Positions 18,275-28,385 of a DNA stretch of 64,000 nucleotides are shown piece after piece. The first letter of the stretch is position 1. The number at the start of each line of letters is the position of its first letter. This DNA comes from Patescibacteria group bacterium (GTDB taxonomy: Bacteria > Patescibacteriota > Minisyncoccia > UBA6257 > GWB1-50-10): contig JBBTQX010000008.1 in the NCBI GenBank assembly GCA_038065455.1, forward strand, positions 1-64,000. The letters are read 5' to 3'. The translations under genes were made by a program, and so were the position numbers. Under the pieces are notes generated by a model. It was not told the DNA's origin. It made no database searches and worked only from the letters and a program-made list of their open reading frames with translations.

Positions 18275-18819
18275 TATCGGTAAGCAGGAGCAGAGAACGC
18301 CATTGCTTCATTGAATGGCCAAAGACGGAAACGAACCACTCCGACCAAATCATCTTCCGGCAAAGGCCCCCAATTTCTGGAATCGAAGCTGAAATCCCGA
18401 TTATCTCCCATCACAAAGTATTCGCCCGCCGCGAGCGTTTTTTCCATCTCGGCGCCCTGGGATTCCCGGGAAACGTATGATTCATTCAAAGCTATCGTTT
18501 CTCCGTCTTTCTTCAATATTTCCACTCGGCCGCCGCCCGCTCTTACCGTTTCGCCGGGCAAGCCGATTATCCTTTTTATGAAATAGGAATTGGTATCGTT
18601 AGGATACTTGAAAACCACCACCTCGCCCCGTTCGGGAGCCCGAAAACGATAGGTAAGCTCGTCTACCAGGAGATAATTACCATTCTTAAAGCTCGGTTCC
18701 ATGCTGGAACCGCTCACAAGAAAAGGCTGCGCGACAAAGGAACGCACTATAAACACGGCGACAACGGCGACAACGACTGTCTCCGCTACTTCGAAAATGG
18801 ACCAGAGTATTTTTTTCAA
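18274..18819 (-). CDS. lepB: Signal peptidase I
   Basis: GSSMEP, FIKRIIGLPG, GDNRDFSFDSR. Confidence 0.95.
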   Translation of the reverse strand: MKKILWSIFEVAETVVVAVVAVFIVRSFVAQPFLVSGSSMEPSFKNGNYLLVDELTYRFRAPERGEVVVFKYPNDTNSYFIKRIIGLPGETVRAGGGRVEILKKDGETIALNESYVSRESQGAEMEKTLAAGEYFVMGDNRDFSFDSRNWGPLPEDDLVGVVRFRLWPFNEAMAFSAPAYR

Positions 18820-18954
18820 TTTACCAGGCAGTGAAAATGCGACCGCGATTCAAAATTGAATCGATGATTTTGAAAAGCATCCAGTTGTATTTCTAAAATT
18901 GATGTTTTTGTCATTAATAACATTAATTGGCCGCATTTCTACTGCCCGGTGAAT
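18819..18954. repeat. 136-bp element with 26-bp imperfect terminal inverted repeats (MITE-like or structured leader)
   Basis: ATTTACCAGGCAGTGAAAATGCGACC versus GGCCGCATTTCTACTGCCCGGTGAAT, 21/26 complementary. Confidence 0.6.
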
Positions 18955-18973
18955 CCTATATAATATATATGAG

Positions 18974-19504
18974 ATGAATGGAGTTTTCAACCCCGAGAAA
19001 ATAAAGCTGATTGTCGGCCTGGGTAATCCGGGCTCCGACTACGAAAACACTTACCATAACGCCGGATTTTTGGCGCTCAAATATCTTTCGGAGAACGCAC
19101 CGGAAACCGATTGGCGGCAAGCGAAAAAATTCTCCTATATTAAGACAAGCCGCTTCATTCTCGTGAAACCGGAAGAATTCATGAATGAATCAGGCAACGC
19201 CGTCAAAGAAGCTTTGAAATATTTCAAATCGAAGAAATTCGAGCTTCTTCTCGTTCACGACGACTCCGATTTGGAATCGGGCAAATGGAAATTAAGCTTC
19301 GGCCGGGGCGCCGCCGGACACCGCGGAGTCGAGTCCATAATCGCATCCGTGAAAAGTCCGGATTTCTGGCGGGCGAGAATCGGCGTGAGAAATCGGAAAG
19401 GCAAAGCCGGCGATTTCGTGCTGAAAAAGATATCTTCGGCCGACCGGAAAAGCCTTATTTTGGCGTTCCGGGAATTAAAAGACGTTTTAAGCGTCAACGG
19501 CTGA
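18974..19504 (+). CDS. pth: Peptidyl-tRNA hydrolase
   Basis: GLGNPG, TYHNAGF, FMNESG, VHDD, GHRG. Confidence 0.95.
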   Translation: MNGVFNPEKIKLIVGLGNPGSDYENTYHNAGFLALKYLSENAPETDWRQAKKFSYIKTSRFILVKPEEFMNESGNAVKEALKYFKSKKFELLLVHDDSDLESGKWKLSFGRGAAGHRGVESIIASVKSPDFWRARIGVRNRKGKAGDFVLKKISSADRKSLILAFRELKDVLSVNG

Positions 19505-20996
19505 CATTGAACTGAAAAGATAAATTGAAAGAAACCGAATTGTCGGGCGCAATCGATATCTGGGTCAAAGGAAGGTTCACATTCAAAAATTCCGGATCTG
19601 ATGAAAGGGTGTTTTTGAAATCAAGTACGGTATTATAATCCGCCGCCGTTCCGAAAAGACTGATAGGCGAATTTAAAGACAAAATGTTCACGCTTTTTAG
19701 CTTCACATGGCTCGCCTCCGCCACATTTCCCAAATGATTCAAAACATCGTACCAAGGAAGCGAGTTTCCCCGAACGCTCTTAATGGTCGAGATTAAAGTA
19801 TTGAATTCGGAAACTTTCGCGGTCAAATCCGCCAATTCCTGCTGACGGCCGGAATAGGTAAATTCGTTCAATTGATTCGCCAGATCTTTCGAGCGGGAAA
19901 CGAGGAAACTCGCGGCGAGTATGAAAGTGACGAGCATTATAGAAAAGACTCCTACCGCGATATTTCGCCAAAGAGAGAGGAAATTCAGAATCTGGTCATT
20001 GTAGATATTATTCACGAGATCTTCTCCTCCCAGATTAACGATTTTAAGCCCCCCTTCCCCCAATTCCATTCTTCCCCGCAAAGCCGCTCCCAACGCGACA
20101 TAGAAAACGGGCGCGATATCATTCAGCACGAGCGGCACCGCCCTCAAACCAAAGTTTTTTTCCAAAAGTCCGACAATTTCCGATTCGAATCCCGGCGCAA
20201 CAACGAACGCTCCGCTGGGCGTTTCATGGAAACGGCTCACGGAAAAATTAATCACTTTTCTCACCTCATCGATTACCTCTGCATCGAAGACCGGTCGCGA
20301 AATGGCGCGCGCATCGCCTTGAATGGATTGCCAAGAACGGAAATAATTGAAATAAAGTTTCCCGTTTCTCAAAATAATGATACTTAGGCCTTCGCTTGAA
20401 ACATGGGCAACCAAGGTGGAATTCTGATTCAGTTTCGTCAACTGATCGATGACACGAGTGAGCGCCAAAGCCGGAAATTCCAGCGCTACGGGAGAAAATC
20501 CTCCCTGAACCAATAAGTCGCGGAACTGGCCAGAACTATTCTTATCCACAAAAGCTCCCAGAAGATCATAACGATCCGGCGTCTCTCCGATAATCTGGGC
20601 GCCCATATTCGCGTTCGCCGCCGGAATCGGGGAAATCATCTGCAGATTCAACTCTGCCGTTTCTTTTATTTTATCCGCTCCCACATTCGGAATATTGAAG
20701 CTCTGGGTATAGACCAAGGCGGCCGGCAAAGCCACCGTGACCCGGAGCATTTTTTCCGGCTCGTTGGGCAATATCATATCGTGGAATTTTTTGACGTATC
20801 CGAGAAATTGCGCCGAATCCTCCAATTTGCCGTTCTTCAGTATTCCCGGCGGCAAACGGAGCGCCACGGTTTTCGGTTTTTCGTATTCGAAAAAAACGTA
20901 CTCCAACCCGGCATCACTCAACTGCAATCCGTCGATTCTGGGCTTGGAGCTCAATTTATCGAGGAGGGATTTTATTCTTTTGAAAAGATTGTCCAT
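19494..20996 (-). CDS. PilM/PilN-like fusion protein
   Basis: Actin-like N-terminal part, TM helix, PilN-like C-terminus. Confidence 0.55.
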   Translation of the reverse strand: MDNLFKRIKSLLDKLSSKPRIDGLQLSDAGLEYVFFEYEKPKTVALRLPPGILKNGKLEDSAQFLGYVKKFHDMILPNEPEKMLRVTVALPAALVYTQSFNIPNVGADKIKETAELNLQMISPIPAANANMGAQIIGETPDRYDLLGAFVDKNSSGQFRDLLVQGGFSPVALEFPALALTRVIDQLTKLNQNSTLVAHVSSEGLSIIILRNGKLYFNYFRSWQSIQGDARAISRPVFDAEVIDEVRKVINFSVSRFHETPSGAFVVAPGFESEIVGLLEKNFGLRAVPLVLNDIAPVFYVALGAALRGRMELGEGGLKIVNLGGEDLVNNIYNDQILNFLSLWRNIAVGVFSIMLVTFILAASFLVSRSKDLANQLNEFTYSGRQQELADLTAKVSEFNTLISTIKSVRGNSLPWYDVLNHLGNVAEASHVKLKSVNILSLNSPISLFGTAADYNTVLDFKNTLSSDPEFLNVNLPLTQISIAPDNSVSFNLSFQFNVSR

Positions 20997-20999
20997 TTT

Positions 21000-21422
21000 T
21001 TATTGGAGTGCTTGATCCGTGACCGACTGAAGTTGAATTTGGCCGGTATCCCGATTGACGATGGCTTTTCCGAAAATGCTTCTTTCTCTGGTTCCGGCCG
21101 TCCCAAGCGAAGTAATCGAATAGACATACACATTGGCTCCGATGTCGAGCGTCCGAGAAACATTTATTGTCGCGCTATCGTTGTCTATTGTAAGGCCATA
21201 AGGATTGGAGCTGGGCAGAAAATCCCGGTTTTTCGAAATTCTCGCGAGCGCGTCCCATAGTCCGGAATAGGCGGCGGTAACTGCTCGGGATTCCAACCGT
21301 TCACCCAAACCGGAATTACTCAAAAAATAAGTTACGAAAGAACCCGCGATCACGATCTCAACAATGACGCCGCTCACGAGAAGCACGAATGAGAGGGCAA
21401 TCTGACCTTTTTTTAAAAACAT
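21000..21422 (-). CDS. PilX-like minor pilin
   Basis: KKGQIAL prepilin-like site, hydrophobic helix, A..AA.SG..DAL. Confidence 0.65.
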   Translation of the reverse strand: MFLKKGQIALSFVLLVSGVIVEIVIAGSFVTYFLSNSGLGERLESRAVTAAYSGLWDALARISKNRDFLPSSNPYGLTIDNDSATINVSRTLDIGANVYVYSITSLGTAGTRERSIFGKAIVNRDTGQIQLQSVTDQALQ

Positions 21423-21493
21423 CTTTCTCTAATGATAGCAAAAATCCCCTCTCGCGTTAATGAAAGGGGATTTTTTCGAAAATATCCGACGGA

Positions 21494-21934
21494 CTATTTG
21501 CTTTCCGGGGCGGACGAGCCGCTCTTCGGGGCAACGTTCGTAGCCGGTTGCTGGGCCTGATTGGCCTGCGCAGGCATGAGATCCGGATTCGTTTGGATCA
21601 ATTTGATCAACTGGCTGTCGCTCTTCAGTTTCGTGTACCAAGCCACTTCGTCGCGGTTGATTTTCATGGAATCTTCCGGACCCCAAAAGACATTGGAGAA
21701 TTTCTGGACATTCACGGGATTCTCCTTATCCTGGGCATTCACCTGCAAAAGGTAAACATGGCTCAAGCTGAAGGACGGAAAGCGGCTCAATTGGCCAAAG
21801 TACAAATCTCCCGTCTTGAGGTAAACGGCGTAATAGGAGGGGCTGCTGAACCAAGTCTGCCAAACCAACACTCCTCCGAGCGCGAGAACCAAAACGACGA
21901 GAACGATTAAAATTACTTTATTCACGTTTCGCAT
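21494..21934 (-). CDS. Conserved hypothetical membrane-anchored protein
   Basis: N-terminal TM; YYAVYL.TG..YFG, GPED.M.INRD. Confidence 0.75.
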   Translation of the reverse strand: MRNVNKVILIVLVVLVLALGGVLVWQTWFSSPSYYAVYLKTGDLYFGQLSRFPSFSLSHVYLLQVNAQDKENPVNVQKFSNVFWGPEDSMKINRDEVAWYTKLKSDSQLIKLIQTNPDLMPAQANQAQQPATNVAPKSGSSAPESK

Positions 21935-22084
21935 TGATTGATTATGGATAAAAATAAAAACGACCTTTATATATGTAATAGATTATATCATACCCGGTAT
22001 TACAATACTAAAAATTGTATGTAAATCGTCTTTATTTCTTTTTGTAGTACCTGGCATATCCGCCCTTCTGTTATAATTTATAGG

Positions 22085-23068
22085 ATGAGAATGGTGAAAA
22101 TAATCTTTTGGATTTTCGTGGTCGCAATTGTCGTGCTCGCGCTCATACTTGGTTTAAACTCCCCGAAAAGCCGCGCCGCCGGCACTAACATAAATTCTTC
22201 CGCGACGAGTTCCGTTGCCTGGGACGATATAATCGGCTGGCTGGATTTCTACAGTACCGGAATCGTGCAGGTAAAAGGTACCCGACTCGAGGGCTATGCC
22301 AGTTCTTCTGTTGGAGACATATCGCTTGATTGCGCGACGACCAGAAGCGGAAATATCTGCGGCAGTTCCAATTACGGAGTTTGCAACGGACCGGGCCCAA
22401 AAGATCCAACAAATCTTGACGGTACATGCGACGCAGGCGATGCAAGCGGTGAACTTACCGGCTATGCATGGAACGACACAACTGGCTGGATCAGTTTTAA
22501 TTGCGACCAGAGCTCTCATAGTGGCTCGAATGATTGCGCTAGTTCCAATTATAAGGTGTTAATAAACCAAAACACCGGCGATTTTTCCGGTTATGCCTGG
22601 AACGATACCAATGGCTGGATCAGTTTCAATTGCGCAAATAATACCAGTTGCGGAGTGAATAATTTTAAAATGAATACCTTGTGGCGGGCTACGAGCACTT
22701 TCGGTTATCTCGAATCTTCCATCTTCGATACCCAGGATCCCCAAGGCACCATCCTCAAAAGTTTTATTTGGAACGGAAGTGCTCCGGCCAGCACTTGCAC
22801 CAATTTCCAGATTGCGGCCTCGAACGATACGAGCGGTCCATGGAATTATTTAGGGCCCTCCGGAGATGCAAGCAGTTACTATGGCGCCTCCTGCTCTCAA
22901 AGCCCTAACGGCGGTCTGGGCTGCGCTTCGGCCGACACGCCGATTTGCGTGAACTCCAGCCAATTCAACAATTATCGTTATTACCGATATAAAGCCCAGC
23001 TCCAAAGCAATTTAATTCAGACCCAGACGCCGAGGGTAGACGATGTTATACTTAATTTCAGCAGATAA
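22085..23068 (+). CDS. Secreted protein with GYAWND..GWISFNC repeats
   Basis: Signal peptide and repeated W-xxxx-GW motif. Confidence 0.75.
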   Translation: MRMVKIIFWIFVVAIVVLALILGLNSPKSRAAGTNINSSATSSVAWDDIIGWLDFYSTGIVQVKGTRLEGYASSSVGDISLDCATTRSGNICGSSNYGVCNGPGPKDPTNLDGTCDAGDASGELTGYAWNDTTGWISFNCDQSSHSGSNDCASSNYKVLINQNTGDFSGYAWNDTNGWISFNCANNTSCGVNNFKMNTLWRATSTFGYLESSIFDTQDPQGTILKSFIWNGSAPASTCTNFQIAASNDTSGPWNYLGPSGDASSYYGASCSQSPNGGLGCASADTPICVNSSQFNNYRYYRYKAQLQSNLIQTQTPRVDDVILNFSR

Positions 23069-23071
23069 CTT

Positions 23072-23980
23072 ATGACCGAGAAAACGAATATAAATAAAAT
23101 CACCTGGATTCGTATCCTCTCCCCTTCCGAAAAGGAAGTAAAAAGTCTGGATGGTCTTTTCAAAATTCACCCCATTATTCAGGAGGAGATCTATCGCCCA
23201 TCCGACCGGAGTAAGGTGGAAAATTACGACGGCTATGTCTTCGCTGTCTATCATTTGCCCGTTTATAATCCGAAAGAGCGCACCTCCCGCCGAGTTGAGC
23301 TTGATTTCATCGCGACCAAAGATCTGCTCATTACGGTAAGCTACGAAAAAATAGAGCCGCTCCTCGAATTTGCAAAAAAACTCGAGAAAAGCGCCGAACT
23401 CAAAAAGAATATCCAAAACCCGGCTCAGCTCATTTATTACATCCTTCAGGAGGCGAATGTTTTTTCTTTGCGGCAGTTGCGCCACGTGGAAGAAAAGGTG
23501 AAAAATGTCGGAAAAGAACTCTTTAAGCATCCCGACCAGGAACTTCTGGAAGAGATATCGCACATCAAAAGAGACTTATTAGAATTCGGCATAATCGCCG
23601 CCGCCCAAAAAACCACCTTGGAATCTTTAATCCATGTGGGCACCGGCTTCTGGGGCCAAAGTATGAAAGTTTATTTTTCGGACCTGCTGGGCGATTTTTT
23701 GAAGACACACTATCTTCTGGAAAATCTCCGCGCCACCATCATCTCATACAGCGAAACGATCTCGGAAATCTTCCAATTTAACACCTCAAACATTGTCCGG
23801 CGCTTTTCCATTCTCGGCTTTTTGAGCTTTCCCCTTCTTCTTTTCGCCACGATTACGCTTCAACCGGAAATCGCCCCCACGCTCTTTGCAAACCCGCTGG
23901 AATTCTGGCTCATCTTCGCACTCATCTTTATGGTAATGGTCTGGATTCTGATGATTTTCAGGAGGAAGAAGTGGTTTTAG
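23072..23980 (+). CDS. corA: CorA-family divalent cation transporter (GMN motif missing)
   Basis: HPIIQEEI..PSDRSKVE, two C-terminal TM helices ending FRRKKWF. Confidence 0.8.
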   Translation: MTEKTNINKITWIRILSPSEKEVKSLDGLFKIHPIIQEEIYRPSDRSKVENYDGYVFAVYHLPVYNPKERTSRRVELDFIATKDLLITVSYEKIEPLLEFAKKLEKSAELKKNIQNPAQLIYYILQEANVFSLRQLRHVEEKVKNVGKELFKHPDQELLEEISHIKRDLLEFGIIAAAQKTTLESLIHVGTGFWGQSMKVYFSDLLGDFLKTHYLLENLRATIISYSETISEIFQFNTSNIVRRFSILGFLSFPLLLFATITLQPEIAPTLFANPLEFWLIFALIFMVMVWILMIFRRKKWF

Positions 23981-24024
23981 AAAAAACAGACCCCATCGAT
24001 TATTGATGGGGTTTTTAGAACTTT

Positions 24025-24834
24025 TTATTTTAGAGGTATTTGCCAATCTACCTGAATTTCATATTCAAAACCAAAACCACAGGTTTTCTCGGCATCCAGA
24101 ATCACATCCACGCATTTTTTCAGTTCAATAAAAACTCCTTTCGTCGAATATTCCATAAGCGGCGCGATGACACGAAGAATTTGGGAAGTATCTTTGCATT
24201 CTTTGGATTTAATCCAGGCATGGAGGAATATTTCCCCCACATTAACCAGATAATCATAATGATTATCGAATTTATAATGTGGTAGATTGGGACCGGTATA
24301 ATCCAAACCGATTCTCAGAAAATGCCTAAGCAGTCGGTTCTCCGAAGGACAATTGGATTTAAGATAGGTTATTTCCGTCGCATTCCTGAATATATCCAAA
24401 TGCATTTTGACCTCTTCTCTATCATAACTTGGCTTTAAAGAACAGAGAAAATCGAAAAGTTCATCGGCCTCTTCTTCATTTTTTGTCGAATGATAACAAG
24501 TGGATATGCTCAAAAGAGCTTTTTCTTTGGTCTTAGGCATCCAAAAAGATACGCCATTACTAACCGGAATTCTAAAATACATCTTCTGGACGGCTTTCGC
24601 TCTGCAACTTCCCAGCGACAAATAACTTCGATTTTCATCTGAATCAACCCATGCTTGAATAAGCCAATCGAGAAACAACTGGCCTTTTTCGTCATTATTC
24701 TTCTCACAAGCAAGATCAAACCATTTGCATATCAAATCGACACGCTGGAGAGGATCGAGATCTTTCAAGGTCTTATAAGCCTCAAAATGGCCACTAAAAA
24801 TAAGGTTATCAACGAAAGATTCCATACAAACCAT
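24025..24834 (-). CDS. Hypothetical protein (AT-rich)
   Basis: Long ORF; GAAAGG upstream of chosen ATG. Confidence 0.6.
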   Translation of the reverse strand: MVCMESFVDNLIFSGHFEAYKTLKDLDPLQRVDLICKWFDLACEKNNDEKGQLFLDWLIQAWVDSDENRSYLSLGSCRAKAVQKMYFRIPVSNGVSFWMPKTKEKALLSISTCYHSTKNEEEADELFDFLCSLKPSYDREEVKMHLDIFRNATEITYLKSNCPSENRLLRHFLRIGLDYTGPNLPHYKFDNHYDYLVNVGEIFLHAWIKSKECKDTSQILRVIAPLMEYSTKGVFIELKKCVDVILDAEKTCGFGFEYEIQVDWQIPLK

Positions 24835-24991
24835 CCTTTCTTTCCGGCCGCAGCCAGTATTACCCTTCCTCGCAAGGAACGGCTTCGGAAAATACCCGCG
24901 GGCATTCCCGAATTTTTTAAAATTGCGCCTTGGAGATTTTCCCCTCGGCATTTAATTACTACACCCGCAAGCCTATACCCGTCAACACAAC

Positions 24992-25021
24992 ACTAGGTGC
25001 TATCGTCAACTATAGCACCAT
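24992..25021. repeat. Palindromic repeat copy 1 flanking TrpR-like gene
   Basis: ACTAGGTGCTATCGTCAACTATAGCACCAT. Confidence 0.85.
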
Positions 25022-25420
25022 TTATTTAGACCTATTGACCGCCGCCCGAATCCGACTAGCCTGTCCGGAAAGTGCGAATATGCCAGAATGACTGCTTTTA
25101 TTCTTTGTTTTATCAGATTGTATTAAGCTGTTTTTTCTACGAACGACCGGTTTTTTGGTCAAATTACTTTTTACGAAACTGATGGTGTTCGGACCCACAT
25201 CAATAATTTCTCCAATAGACCGATAACTCAATCCTTGCTTAAGAAGGATGGGTATTGCCAACCGTTTTTCCAATATAGCCAATTCCTTTGCCGTGAAAAA
25301 TTTCTTCAGATTCAAGACTAGGGACTCTTCCGAACCCGACTGCTTCACGACATCAACGAAGTTTTTCCAAGCTTTACTGCTTAGTTCCTTATTGAGATGT
25401 TTTTTAATCACGTTAGCCAT
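25022..25420 (-). CDS. TrpR/YerC-YecD-like HTH protein
   Basis: FFTAKE...LEKRLAI..LL..G.SYR.I...I.VG..TIS.V. Confidence 0.75.
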   Translation of the reverse strand: MANVIKKHLNKELSSKAWKNFVDVVKQSGSEESLVLNLKKFFTAKELAILEKRLAIPILLKQGLSYRSIGEIIDVGPNTISFVKSNLTKKPVVRRKNSLIQSDKTKNKSSHSGIFALSGQASRIRAAVNRSK

Positions 25421-25450
25421 GTGTTTTCATTAAAATTATATCACATTTCG

Positions 25451-25480
25451 ACTAGGTGCTATAGTCAACTATAGCACCAT
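25451..25480. repeat. Palindromic repeat copy 2 flanking TrpR-like gene
   Basis: ACTAGGTGCTATAGTCAACTATAGCACCAT, 29/30 identical to copy 1. Confidence 0.85.
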
Positions 25481-25551
25481 AAATTAACTAGGTGACGAAA
25501 TGTACAGAGGTTTGATAACCTTATTCAAAAGCTTTAATCTATATAGAATCG

Positions 25552-27000
25552 ATGAAAATTTTCAACACTCTAACGAGAAAAAAAGATGAAATTATAAAGA
25601 CCGAAGGCCAGCCGCTTCATCTTTTCGTCTGCGGACCGACGGTCTACGACTACTCCCATATCGGCCACGCCCGCACCTATATCGTCTTCGATACCTTCGT
25701 CCGTTGGCTCCGGCATGCCAATCTGCCGGTCTTCTACCTCCAGAATATCACGAATGTGGATGATAGAATTATCGCTCGGGCAAAAGAAGAAAACAATAAT
25801 CCCATAAAGCTCGCCGATTTCTTCTATAGTGCCCATCTGAAGGATATGAAAGCACTCGGCATCGATTCGGTGGATAAATACGCTCCGGCGACCGATTTCA
25901 TTCCCGATATCGTAAAACAGGTGAAAACGCTTCTGGAAAAAGGTTTCGCCTACGAAATTGCGGACGACGGCATCTATTTCGACGTGGCGAAATTTCCGGA
26001 ATACGGGAAACTTTCCGGCCGCACCGCAGCCCAGGCCGAAGATTCGATATCGCGAATAGACGAAAGCGTGAAAAAACGGAATAAGGCGGACTTCGCGCTC
26101 TGGAAATTCCCAAAGACAATTATTCCGAATACTTTTCTCAATAAATTCCGCAGATTCATCATCACCCGCGACGGCGAACCGGTCTGGCGCACCGAGCTCG
26201 GCTGGGGCCGGCCCGGCTGGCATATCGAGGACACGGCAATATCGGAGCGCTACTTCGGCCCGCAATACGATATTCACGGCGGCGGCATAGATATAAAATT
26301 CCCCCATCACGAAGCGGAGATCGCCCAGCAGGAAACGGCCTCGGGCAAAAAGCCGTTCGTGAAGATATGGATGCACGCCGGCCATCTGACGATAAACGGA
26401 AAGAAAATGTCCAAGAGCCTAGGGAACTTCATCACCATCCGCGACGCGCTTCAAAAATATTCGCCGGATATTCTCCGCTGGTTCTTCCTCTCCGCGCATT
26501 ACCGGACGCCGTTGGACTACTCGCCCGAATCAGCGGATCAGATAAAAACTATTTATAATCGAACGGGAATATTCATCGAAAAACTTGCGCGCGCCGCCGC
26601 GATGAAGACGGTAAAAAAGAATGCGGCGGAATTAAATACCGCTGAATCGATTCTAAAAGCCTCCGATGAATTTGGAAAAGCAATGAATGACGATTTTAAC
26701 ACTCCTCTGGCGCTCGCTTCCCTTCTCGGTCTCGCGGGCATTTTCCAGGAACGGATTTGGAAATTAGCGCCGAAGGATGCCTCAGAAATCAAACGATTTT
26801 TGGAAAACAGCTTCAAAACTCTCGGTATCGGATTCAAAACCGGAAAGATACCCCAAAATGCAAGAAAACTGGCCGAGGAACGCGAGTTATACAGAGGCCG
26901 TAAACAGTTTGTCCAATCCGACGCCTTGAGGGAGAAAATCCGCGTGCTAGGATATGAAGTAGACGATACGCCCGAAGGACCGTTTATATACAAAGAGTAA
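25552..27000 (+). CDS. cysS: Cysteine-tRNA ligase
   Basis: CGPTVY, HIGH, GRPGWHIE, FPHHE, KMSKS. Confidence 0.97.
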   Translation: MKIFNTLTRKKDEIIKTEGQPLHLFVCGPTVYDYSHIGHARTYIVFDTFVRWLRHANLPVFYLQNITNVDDRIIARAKEENNNPIKLADFFYSAHLKDMKALGIDSVDKYAPATDFIPDIVKQVKTLLEKGFAYEIADDGIYFDVAKFPEYGKLSGRTAAQAEDSISRIDESVKKRNKADFALWKFPKTIIPNTFLNKFRRFIITRDGEPVWRTELGWGRPGWHIEDTAISERYFGPQYDIHGGGIDIKFPHHEAEIAQQETASGKKPFVKIWMHAGHLTINGKKMSKSLGNFITIRDALQKYSPDILRWFFLSAHYRTPLDYSPESADQIKTIYNRTGIFIEKLARAAAMKTVKKNAAELNTAESILKASDEFGKAMNDDFNTPLALASLLGLAGIFQERIWKLAPKDASEIKRFLENSFKTLGIGFKTGKIPQNARKLAEERELYRGRKQFVQSDALREKIRVLGYEVDDTPEGPFIYKE

Positions 27001-27011
27001 TTTAACCAATT

Positions 27012-28385
27012 ATGCCTGAAAGAAAATCTGTAAAAAAATCTTCGGAATTGAAGCTCCCGCCGCAGGATTTGGAATCCGAACGCTCCGTTTTGGGCGCGCT
27101 CCTTTTGGACAAGAACGCGGTAATCCAAGTCGCCGACTCCATCGCACCTTCGGATTTCTACGAAACGAAAAATCAGCGGGTCTACGAAGCCGTTCTGGAA
27201 CTCTTCAGTAAAGGGGAACCGATTGATATTCTGACGGTCTCCCATATTCTCAAGGAAAAGAAAGAACTCGCTTCGATCGGCGGCGTGGAATACCTGACGG
27301 AACTTGTTTCGTCTACGCCGACCTCGGCCCACGTGAGCCACTATGCCAATATTGTAAAGGAACAGCGGGTGCGCCGCGACCTCATCCAGGCCGCCTTTGA
27401 AATAAATGAAAGGACCTTCGACGAGAGGAATTTCGAAGACCTTCTCGAATCCGTCGAGCAAAAAATATTCAGCATCTCCCAGCGCTCGCGTCCGCAAAAA
27501 TTCGTCCAATTGAAAGACGAATTGCCCGCCGCCTATGAGCGCCTGGAGAAACTTCATCAGGGCGAGAAGGGCACGCTCCGCGGCGTCGCCACCCAATTCA
27601 CCGAATTGGACAATATGCTCTCCGGGCTCCAACCCTCCGACCTTATTATCTTGGGCGCCCGGCCTTCTTACGGAAAAACCTCGCTTGTATTGGATATTGC
27701 GAGGCAGGCCGCCACGGTTAGCAAAAAATCCGTGGCAATATTCTCGATTGAAATGTCCCGCGAACAGATAATCGATCGGCTCATTTCCGGCCAGGCCCAG
27801 ATTCCCCTCTGGCGGCTTCGAACCGGCCGATTGAACGACGAAATGGAATTCTCGCTGGTCCAGCAGGCTCTCGATGAACTCTCCAAATCGAGGATTTTCA
27901 TCGATGACACCGCTTCCCCTACCCTCCTTCAAATGCGCTCCATGGCTCGCCGACTCCAAATCGAGCATGGCATCGACCTTATTATCATCGACTATCTCCA
28001 ACTCATTCAGCCGAGAACTTCTTCCGACAATATCGTTCAGCAGGTAACCGAAATTTCCCGGGGACTGAAAGCGCTCGCCCGAGAATTGAATGTTCCCGTT
28101 CTCGCCGTCTCCCAGCTTTCGCGCGACGTCGAAAAACGGGAGGTGAAAATTCCCCGCCTCTCCGACTTGCGGGAATCCGGCAGTTTGGAACAGGACGCCG
28201 ATGTTGTGCTCCTTATATATCGCAAAGACCGCGACCGCTTGGACACTCCCGAAAGCGACAAAAATATCACCGAGATAATTATCGCCAAGCACCGGAACGG
28301 CCCGGTCGGAAGCATAAAACTTATGTTCGACCCGGAAAAAGTCGGATTCAAAAATCTCGACAACCGGCATTCCATCGAGCAATGA
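27012..28385 (+). CDS. dnaB: Replicative DNA helicase
   Basis: GARPSYGKT, IDYLQL, SQLSR, DLRESGSLEQDAD, KHRNGP. Confidence 0.98.
   Translation: MPERKSVKKSSELKLPPQDLESERSVLGALLLDKNAVIQVADSIAPSDFYETKNQRVYEAVLELFSKGEPIDILTVSHILKEKKELASIGGVEYLTELVSSTPTSAHVSHYANIVKEQRVRRDLIQAAFEINERTFDERNFEDLLESVEQKIFSISQRSRPQKFVQLKDELPAAYERLEKLHQGEKGTLRGVATQFTELDNMLSGLQPSDLIILGARPSYGKTSLVLDIARQAATVSKKSVAIFSIEMSREQIIDRLISGQAQIPLWRLRTGRLNDEMEFSLVQQALDELSKSRIFIDDTASPTLLQMRSMARRLQIEHGIDLIIIDYLQLIQPRTSSDNIVQQVTEISRGLKALARELNVPVLAVSQLSRDVEKREVKIPRLSDLRESGSLEQDADVVLLIYRKDRDRLDTPESDKNITEIIIAKHRNGPVGSIKLMFDPEKVGFKNLDNRHSIEQ

Noticed and set aside
10463-28385. Inteins in nrdJ or dnaB
   Set aside because: Normal lengths, continuous motifs and no intein termini.
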